DNA from: the human T2T-CHM13v2.0 reference genome, Homo sapiens
Length of the DNA: 64,000 nucleotides
Assembly (NCBI RefSeq): GCF_009914755.1
Contig: NC_060926.1
Strand: one strand, 5' to 3'
Position numbers and translations under genes: made by a program. A model generated the notes under the pieces. That model was not told the origin of the DNA and did not search any database. It worked only from the letters and a program-made list of their open reading frames with translations. This document shows, piece by piece, positions 52,505 to 64,000 of this stretch (position 1 is the first letter of the stretch; every line of letters starts with the position of its first letter).

Positions 52505-53704
52505 CTAAGAACACATAACGTAATTACTAACAACTAGCGAGAGAGAACCCTGGTAGCCATTTTTTTTTTTAAATTCCATACTCAGGAAGCCGCAAACTAA
52601 GACTGAAATATTGCTGTTCTATCTGAAAATTCTCCTTGACTCAGTACCTATTTCAGAAGGATCTTTTCTTGGGGTTCCTTAAACATAATTTTTCATCTTG
52701 AAGAAAAATAAGCGATGTCAGTGTATTTTCTTCTCAATCCAAAGTGAAGTAACAATTTCAGAAATCAATTATATTTAATAAAAAAAAATGAACTTTCAAC
52801 TCAGAATAAAGTCTAGAAATCTTTAACATGACCTAGTCTACAAAATTCTAATTTAGAGACTTTAGAAGTATTAAAGTTTATATGCCTATACTATCAAGGT
52901 AAGTCAATATTTGAAAACTACTTTAAATTTCTTAGGAAAAGATGTCAGGATGTGTAGCATGGCTTTCTGGGATGACAGGAAAGAAATAGGCTGCTTCATA
53001 AATTTCTCTTTAGAACATTCCTGTGAAGAACATCAGTTCAAAAGTCAGCACTGCAATATTGTATGAGCAGGGCTTTAGCCTTTTTACTGTTGATTCAGAG
53101 GCTCCTTCTTGTATATCTAGTAATCCACAAATAGACCTCAGGAAACAGGAAAGGTTCCATTTCAATTATCCTCACCAAACCCAGTTCGCAGGTGTTTTGG
53201 AGGATGAAAGACAGGGGTGTGACAATTTTCCCTAAGAAAAGACAACTTCTGGGCAGACAATAGAACCACTGGTACCTTTTATGGCCAGTTACTCTAGCAG
53301 GGAAATTTCTATGCTAAGTGAAGCAAGAATAAAAATGAGGATTAAGTGATACTGCTTGAAAAAGAACTGCGGTAATTTAAATGACCACGTGGTAGATGAA
53401 TAAAACCATGTGACTAGAAGTCATAAAACCACAGTTCAAGTCCCAGTTCCACCCTAACCAAACTGTGAGACACTGGGTAAGTCAGCCTCTCTAGACCACA
53501 GGTTTCTTATTGGCCAAGAACTGCAAGATCCCTTAAATGGGATCTTCTGAAGTAGGGTTCTAAAACAAGGTACACAAAATCTAAATTGTAAATTTTAAGG
53601 ACTAACCTTTATGTTTCAGATGAGTTCTTTAGGCAGCATATGCTTAACATATCCATGGTAGTATATAGTCATGATCATGCTTTGAGTAGGTTTTTCTTAA
53701 ACAC

Positions 53705-54055
53705 TGTGTTATAGACGGAATGCGTCCCCCAAAAATTCATATGTTGAAGCCCTAACCCCCCAGTGAGTGCGAGGTCACTGGGAGGTAATTAGATTTCGAT
53801 GAAGTCATGAGGATAAAGCTCCCATGATGAGATTATAATCCTTTTAAGAAGAAGAAGACACACCAGAGCTCTCTCTGCCACATGACGACACAGTGGCAGC
53901 TGTCGGCAAGCCAGGAAGGGGCCTTCTCCAGTAACCTAATCTGCTGGAACCTTGTCTTGCACTTCCTAGCTTTAGGAACTATGAGAAATAAATGTCCGTG
54001 GTTTAAGCCACTTAGTCGGTGGTATTTTGTTATAGCAGCCTGAGCTAAAATACAC
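53705..54055 (+). mobile_element. MLT1A/MST-type MaLR LTR
   Basis: ccccaaaattcatatgttgaagccctaac and tggtattttgttatagcagcc motifs. Confidence 0.75.
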
Positions 54056-54697
54056 TGCAAACCTAGTATACATTATACAATGTCACAACTATCTTGCAAA
54101 AGAATATACAGCTATAATGTTGTATTTCTTATTTAATATGGTAGTATCATCATGTATTTTCTCTTATTGTCAATTGTAGAATTTATATTATTATCTGTCC
54201 CACCACAACTACTACCAATTGCAGCAAACTGGTAAAGTACAAGAAAGAATAAAGAATCAGGCAGGGGTGGGGAAGATCTTTACATTGCCCATAACCCCAT
54301 AAATCCAGAAACAACCAGCATTAATATTTGAGCCTATTTCCTTCAAGTCTTTTGTCCTATGCATAGATCAAACTGTGTGTGTGTGTGTGCACATGTGTAT
54401 ATGCTCATTTTTTATCAGAATCTTTCCATAAAATGAAAAATTCTCCCTAAACATTATGTTTAATGGTGAAGAACATTATTATATAGATACACCACAACTT
54501 ACTGACATTATTCCTCTCCTATTTCACATTTAGGTTGTTTCCAGTTTTTCACTCTCATGAATCATAGCATGATGACCAGTTTTGTGTATAAATTGTTGTA
54601 CACAGTTTTGCTTAATTCCTTAATTCAGATTTCCAGAAGTATAAAGGATATCCTTGGACAATTTTTAAAGAGTTCATATTCTAAAACAAGGCATCTA

Positions 54698-54985
<288 letters not shown>

Positions 54986-55131
54986 TCAAATAAATCGGTT
55001 ATTAACTATTATGTGCAGCAAGTTACTTACATTTCTGAGGGCTTCAGTTTTCTCATTTGAAAATTGAAGTGACTGAACTAGATCTGTAAGCTTCTTTCCA
55101 AATTTAAAACTGTATGATTCTGTATAGATAC

Positions 55132-55455
55132 TGATAAGGTTTGGCTATGTCCCCACCCAAAATCTCATCTTGAATTGTAATAATCCCCACCTGTCAAGGG
55201 ACTGTTCTGGTGATAGTGAGTTCTCAGGAGATCTGATCGTTTTGTAAGGGGCTTCCCCCTTCACTCAGCTCTAATTCTTCTCCTTCCTGCTGCCCTGTGA
55301 AGAAGGGTGTGTTTGCTTCACCTTCCACCATGATAGTAAGTTTCCTGAGGCACCCCCAAGTCATGCTGAACTGTGAGTCAATTAAACCTCTTTCCTTTAT
55401 AAATTATCCAGTCTCGGGTATGTCTTTATTAGTAGTGTGAGAACGGACTAACACA
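55132..55455 (+). mobile_element. THE1/MST MaLR LTR
   Basis: tgata.ggtttggct start, gtgagtcaattaaacctctttcc, gaacggactaacaca end. Confidence 0.85.
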
Positions 55456-55961
55456 GACATTGATCACTATTTGTAGGTTCATTTTCAAATACAAATAATA
55501 GTGCTATATATATGACTTCCAGTGTTATTTCTTTAAAGTACACTACTCATTTTATCTTAATGCTAAAACCCAGTTTTACTTATTCCTAAAATAATCATAA
55601 TTTGAATTCTGTTAACATAAGAAAATAAATCACAATAGCCTATTTCATTATCTTTAATTTTTAAATATCCTTAATGTTTAATTTTGCTACTTATATATTC
55701 TATTTGTGTTCTTCTTTTTTAGAGATGGCTCTTAAGTTTTTTTATTTAAGTACAATCTTAATTTTTTTTATTTTCTCAGTGGTTTACTCTTCTGAAATTT
55801 ATCATTCGATTGGTTTAACTGATTTTTTGTAATAATACTTATCCTAGAGGTACACAAATACAAGTATGTAATAAGACTTAATGAGAAGCTACTGCTTCGG
55901 AGCTCCAAACAAAGCATCAGGGTAATCCTGGAGAATAGTTAGAAGAATAAATAAATTCCTA

Positions 55962-56108
<147 letters not shown>

Positions 56109-56309
56109 TCAAATAACTAAAACATAAAAAGAAAAGTAATGTACAAGACTTGTATAAGAGAAAAGAACTTCAAGAATTTTAATTGGGCAAAAATGTTTTC
56201 ACTATCTTACAAATTTTTAATTTTTTAAAAATGTTATACTTCTAAACTCTCAATGTAAAAATTGAAATTGTAATGCCAAACAATATGGAAAAAAATTAAG
56301 TAACCCAAT

Positions 56310-56870
56310 ACCCAGGCTGTGCTGAAGATTCCCAAGATTATCTCCTGGTTCGCTGACTTTCTAGAAGGGCTCACAGGACTTGGAAATCATCACACTCACA
56401 ATTATGGTTTACTACAGCAAATGGATATAAAGCAAAATCAGCAAAAGGAAAAAGTACATGGACCAAGTCCAGAGGAAACCAAGTACAAGCTTCCAAGAGT
56501 CCTCTATCAGTGGAGTCAAATAGGATGTACTAACATTACTGGAGAGTAATGAGTTGTGACAACACATGTGACACATGTTGTACAAAAGAAGCTCATCAGA
56601 GACAGTGCCCAAGGTTAGGGGCTAGTCACATAAGCCTAGCACATACCAAAATTCTGGATGCCCGGAAGGGAAACAGATGTTCAGCAAAAATCACTATGTG
56701 TGCACAAATGCACCGTGAGTCACCTTATAATTTAGGGAAAGTTTTCTATCAGTGTAGGGAGCTGTTTATCATCCAAGTTCCCAGATGCCAGCTAACGGCC
56801 AATCTTATCAGCAGGCTTTTCCAAGGATAGCAGTCTCAGGTCTGCTATATTAACTCTTTTCTGCACACAG
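56310..56870 (-). mobile_element. MER21-like LTR
   Basis: ctagaagggctcacaggact and aaggatagcagtctcagg motifs. Confidence 0.6.
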
Positions 56871-57839
56871 GGTAGGTATTAAGTTTAAATGAGTCAGTGA
56901 AGCCTTCTTCTAATCCACTAGCTACTCTTCCTACCTGGAAATACTAGCTCCCTGGAATACCTTCAAGACCTTACAATTCTATTGTAATAAAATACTTACA
57001 GCCTCGACTGGAAATATAATGCAAGCAGTAGAGCCTACCATTGGTCATCCTGAACAAAATAAATAAAAACACAATTTTTAAATCCAGAAACTTAGAAAGG
57101 TGAACCTGCCAGGCTTGGTGTACTTTGGAATGGCAATGACAGGTCCTTTTTGATTCAAAACTTAGTTGGGTCCTGAATTTTCTAAAAAAGTCATTTCTGT
57201 AAACACACTTTTCACAAATTATAAAACTAGGTATTGGTATCCATCTTGATTTTTAAACTTGTATCTTAACTAAATTACTAAAAGGGCACTTTTAATGAAA
57301 CTACATTTACTGCCACTAATGAAATAAACTGTAGAGTAGTTAAAGCTAGTCTGAGCACCATTTCTGTCTCTTTTCCTTCTTCTGCCATCATCCGCCCCTT
57401 CGTTCTCATAGACCCTCAGTGCCCCCAGGCACTGTGGCATCCCACTTCAACTTGCCTTCCAAAATTATGCTCCATTCTCCTGACTTTTCTAGTTCCTGCC
57501 CTTCTACTCCTATAATTCTTCCATCCAATCAAGACACGCCGTTTTCTAGAAGGACAAGTAATTAGGAAAATTATAATAAATTATTAATAAGGGCTGATGT
57601 TAATAGGAGAGCACTAATCTCCCCATCTTTGTTCCTTCCCTGAGTTTTGCTCCAATACAACTCTTTGTCATTTTTCTAATTATTATAAAAGTCATAATGC
57701 TCAAAATATAAAAAATTAGTAAAATAAATGAAGGAAGAAAATTTTAAAAATCATACTTCCTCCTTCTAAAACTTCTACCACTGTAACACTGCTATATTCT
57801 TCCATTCTTTTTACTATGTAGATGTATGTACATATTTAC

Positions 57840-58600
<761 letters not shown>

Positions 58601-59394
58601 GTATATTTTACAAAAATGGGATCCTCCAATACATACTATTTTATAACCTTTGTTCTTTGATTTAATAATACACAACTGATGATTATCTGTGTCACCCTAA
58701 CAATCCTTTTAATGGGTACCTGGTTCCTATTTATGGATGAAGTATGATTTATTTAGCCAGTATCACACCGTTAAATATCTGGGTCATTACCAATTTCTAC
58801 TCTTATAAATAACGCTGCAGTTAACATCCTTTAATTACTGCAGCTATTGAATTTACTACTATTCCCAGAAATCCAGACAGGCTGTATCTATGCTCCTATG
58901 AGCAAAGCATGAGTGCACCCATTTCCCATCAATATTGGATTTTATAATTTGAAAAAAGCATTGCCAATTTGATAGGCCAAAAAATGGTATAGTATTTTAT
59001 TTACCTTGTGAACTGCCTGGGACATAGAAAGACTAAACAAATGTTAGCTGTTGTTTCACTATATTATTGTTAGTACAGAATCTACCATTTCCCCACTAAT
59101 CTGAAATGTCCATTTCATCATTTACTAGATTTTTCTATGCACTGAGATCTGAACTTTCTGTTTAGTCCTGTATTTGTTGCCCTCCTCTCATAATCTATAC
59201 ATATATGATCAAAAGAGACCTGTAAAGTATTCTTGGCTTAAGCCATTGGAGTTATTCTAGTGGTAAATATTTTAAACATAAAAGCAAGAAACCACCTGTG
59301 GGATATGGATAGGGGGAAAGAAATGAAAGCAGAGAGGTTTTTATCATGTCATCAAAATCACAAGTGCTATCACAACTTAACCTTGGTTTCTTCA

Positions 59395-59568
<174 letters not shown>

Positions 59569-60114
59569 TTACTTGAGCAAAGATCACTGAATCTTAAAAA
59601 GATGGAGGAAAAGGTAACTAGAATGTTTCCTATAGAATAACCCCATCTCTTTCAGAACTAATTATCCCCCAAATCTTTCCTTCCTCCTCACCTGTAACTT
59701 TGGGCTTTAAGTTAGGAAAAGAAATAAATGAAGGAATAAGAAAGGCTGAGGAAGAAAAAACGAGGGGGCTAAAAAGAAGAGCAAAAGACAGGAGGAGGAG
59801 AAATTGCTTCAGAACATTTAGAACTTTGAAAAAGGTGGAAAACATAATAAAAACTGATACCATAGAGAATTCTCTTACTTGCCTCTTGCCTTAAGAATTT
59901 TCATCAGCCTCTATATAGTAAAGTCCTTCATTAATAAGTTAAAGAATAATAAAGTCATCATGGATAATTGGAGTTAGCAGGTAATTTATAAGTCTCTTCA
60001 TTTGGTCATTCACTTCAACTTCTTCCCTCATGAAATCTTTTAAAAGAATTTTAACACATACCTGACTGCATTCCCTTCCTTGCTTGTCTTCTTCACAAAA
60101 GAAATAGAAATTGC

Positions 60115-60413
60115 ACTGGGTGCAGTGGCTCATGCCTGGAATCCCAGCACTTTGGGAGGCCAAAGCAGGCGGATCACATGAGGTCAAGAGTTCGAAACCA
60201 GCCTGACCAACATGGCAAAACTCCCTCTCTACTAAAAATACAAAAATTAGCCGGGTGTAGTGGCATGCGCCTGTAGTCCCAGCTACTCAAGGAGGCCGAG
60301 GCAGGAGAATCGCTTGAACCCAGGAGGTGGAGGTTGCAGGGAGCCAAGATCACACCATTGCACTCCAGCCTGGGCAACAGAGCAAGACTCCGTCTCAAAA
60401 AAAAAAAAAAAAA
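60115..60413 (+). mobile_element. AluS
   Basis: Alu consensus, TSD AAATAGAAAT. Confidence 0.9.
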
Positions 60414-61640
60414 ATAGAAATGTATCAATAAACAAATGAAAATGTTTAACCTCAGTAGTACATAGAGAAATGTAAACTAAAATAAGCTACTTTTCCCCCA
60501 CTAAATTAACAAAAAAATTTTAAAGATTGATTATTGTCCAATGTTGTTAAGGATTTAGAGAATGAGACACTCTCAGACTCTACAGGTAGCAAGATAATAA
60601 CTAAAGCTTCCTTAAGGTAATTTAGCAGAGTCAGTCATACTAATAATGCACACATCCTGCACCTAGCAATTCCACTGCTAGCAATCCATCCTACAGAAGT
60701 ACTTCTTCCCTACCACCCACTATTTTATGCAGAACTGCAACATTGTTGGAGTGAAAAATTGGAAATAACCTAAATAAATAACAGAGCAGTGATTATGGTA
60801 CATTCTTATCATGTAATACAATGAAGTCACTGTTTAAGAATACATAGAACTCTATGTATTAAGAAACAAAGATAGTATGTATGATTCCTTTTATGTTTTT
60901 GTTGTTGTTTGTTTGTTTTAAAAAAGGAGCAGCAACCACAGAAACCTTTTAGGAGTGTGAGAGGTCTCAAGTAAAGAGTGAAGTTAAAGGATCAGGTAAA
61001 GATAATCTTGAGGTTTCAGGCCTGAGGGCTGGGAAAATGGTAGGTTCCATTAACAGAAAATCATGAGACGTAAAAAAATTATTTATTCTTAAAGGCAACG
61101 ATGGATTCTAGATGTGCTGAGTTTAGAGTTACGGATGCAACTTCCAGGATTATCAGTGGATGACTAAGACAAAAACGAGTTCTGCTCATGACTGAAGCTT
61201 TACTATTTAAATGATGATGTGGCCATGCCTTCAGACTCATGCTGTAATGTAGAGATATTCTGATTGAAGTGAGATTTAAGAACTCTGTGTTTCTAAATTC
61301 AGTATCTTGTTCAAGGGTCTGGAATCAATCATAGCTTAAAACCATGTATGTTGTCTGGGGATAAAAGACCTTAAAGAGTCCAGGAATATCATGGAAATAG
61401 GAGCTTAGATGGCACCACCTTCTATTCCATGAATGCGTCCAGATACTCCTCAGGCTGCCCACTGCCCTGTACCTCACCACCACCAGGAATTCCACTGCTT
61501 CAAACTGGCCTTAATTCTATCCTCAATGAAGTGGAGATTCGGGGCTGCTGGGGCCTTAATTCTCCCTTATCTGTGATGTTTACTACGCCTGAGGTCCTGG
61601 GAAAACTTGTGATCCCACACAACAAAGAATAACGTCTTAC

Positions 61641-61697
61641 CTGGTGTGTTTTTTGTTCTGGGCTTCTTTTTCTTAGGACGACTAAGTGGAATATCAT
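61641..61697 (-). CDS. TMEM237: TMEM237 exon 4, (D)DIPLSRPKKKKPRTKNTP
   Basis: 57 nt, TAG acceptor, CAG|GTAAGA donor. Confidence 0.92.
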
Positions 61698-62166
61698 CTA
61701 TAAAGCAAGAAAAAACGTCAACAGAAAAGGGTGCCTAAAATTCAATGCAGAGAACAGTCAGAAGAGAACTTTTAAACAGGGAAGAATTCTCCCTCTCTTC
61801 CCTGGGCCTGGCAAACGTTTATAGATTAGGGGAAGAAGGCAAGAAATTGAGAAGATCAGAGAGAGCCCACAGTGTGGTACCAGTAGCACACTGCATGTCA
61901 GTAATGTTAGAAACCATGACACAGAAAGTGGGTTCAACAAATATTCATCTGATCCCCTATATTTCCCAGCCTCCTTGCACATAGGTGTAGTCTATGACTG
62001 GTTCTGGCCTATAGGCTGTGAGCAGAAGTGATCTGTGTCATTTCAGAGCCAAACGTTGAAAGAGCCAGTGAGTAATCTTCCAGCTTTCTCTTCCCTTGTT
62101 GTGGTGACTGAGGAAGCCTCATGTTAAGATGGTGGGACCACAGCACAGAAGTAGCCTAGATTGCAG

Positions 62167-62485
<319 letters not shown>

Positions 62486-62912
62486 TCAATAGTAAAAAGG
62501 TAGTGAAAGGTAATGGTCCCCCATTTTTGCCATAGCAGACTTTGTATTAATTAGAAATAACCCTGTGTGACACTAAGTCACTGAGATTTGGGGGTTTTAG
62601 TATAGTATAACCTTGTCTACCCTGACTAAATGAGACAAAGGAAGGTGCAGTCCTCATTATAGAGCTACAAATTAGCCAACAGTTATGTGCTGGGTGACCC
62701 CATTCAGGGATGAAGTGCTTTTATAATGGAAAGGTCATCTAGTGCTATGTATCAATGACAATTTTTAAATGGTAGTCATGGGAGATTATTTCACAAAAAC
62801 ATATTGTAGAATTACAAATTACACCATTCAGACTCAGTTTTAAGAGAAACAAACCAAGGAATCAAACTAATTTTTGAACACCAAATATTATATTTACATT
62901 AAACTAACTCAC

Positions 62913-62917
62913 CTTGA
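62913..62917 (-). CDS. TMEM237: TMEM237 exon 3, 5-nt microexon TCAAG
   Basis: GTGTTAG|TCAAG|GTGAGT; restores frame between exon 2 (phase 2) and exon 4 (phase 1), giving S-Q-D. Confidence 0.85.
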
Positions 62918-63533
62918 CTAACACGTCATATAACACCAAACAAATTTAATCAGCAGGACAAAGACAAAAAAGAAACAATTAATTAGAAACCTGTTAATAT
63001 TCACAGTGAAAATTGACTTAAATCATTACAAATTTAAAATAAAATTAGCTTTCACATAATAGCTAGTTTACAAACTAGTTTACTGTTTATAATTAAGTGG
63101 TTTAATAACACTGCTAATAAAATAATGTCAATATTTTCTGAACCTACATATACATATTCCCTACTGTCTATTAATAAAATGGATTAAGCAGATTAAGAAC
63201 TCTTACTTGTGACTGATTAAAATCAGCTTAAACTCTGAGGAAACTATTCTCACAAAAGACCAGAATTCTGATTTAAAAAAAAAAAGACACCAAAACAGTT
63301 AGAAAGGGAATGGATCCATTATCCTACCATGTTGATATTCAGGCTTTTAAATATAACATTCCATTATAACTGTTATTCTTAAAATTCAAGGATTTTTCAC
63401 CTTTAAAATTTCAGAAAATCCCTAAATTTTTCAGAAGAGTTTCCTGAATCATTGTAATTTTGCAATGATACTAGTCAATTTTTCCACTGTCTTCATTTTC
63501 CATTTTTAAAGCTCAATAATGAAATTACTGTAA

Positions 63534-63977
<444 letters not shown>

Positions 63978-64000
63978 TGACAGAAAAATATAATGGATCA

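Noticed and set aside
61420-61620. GC-richer patch after TMEM237 exon 4 with a repeated GGCCTTAATTCT 12-mer, possible cryptic exon
   Set aside because: Stops in tested frames and the acceptor is too close to the upstream donor; cannot support

Overview
Repeat-rich primate (very likely human chr2q33.1) genomic DNA. It holds two tandem minus-strand, intron-containing genes, recognised by translating spliced exons: coding exons 1-5 of C2CD6 (ALS2CR11/CATSPERT, sperm CatSper-associated C2-domain protein; ATG 41782, exon 5 at 4744-4866) and exons 2-13 of TMEM237 (ciliary transition-zone protein; 63576 down to stop at 46908). An ancient ENO1 processed pseudogene lies between them. Most remaining sequence is L1, Alu, LTR/MaLR, Tigger and MIR/L2 debris; nearly all entries in the ORF track are repeat-derived. 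I see no new gene system, but several sequence-level features deserve follow-up. (1) A full-length L1PA in C2CD6 intron 1 has an extended antisense ORF0 that reaches a phase-0 splice donor in frame with C2CD6 exon 2. (2) Two perfect 32-36 bp fold-back hairpins. (3) A U12-type intron in C2CD6. (4) A frame-essential 5-nt microexon in TMEM237. (5) A 1.7-kb TSD-flanked block of very old repeats inside a younger L1. (6) Two tiny orphan poly(A) retroposons. (7) A four-level nested retrotransposon stack with a 14-nt twin-priming inversion. Repeat subfamily names and some repeat boundaries are by-eye estimates.
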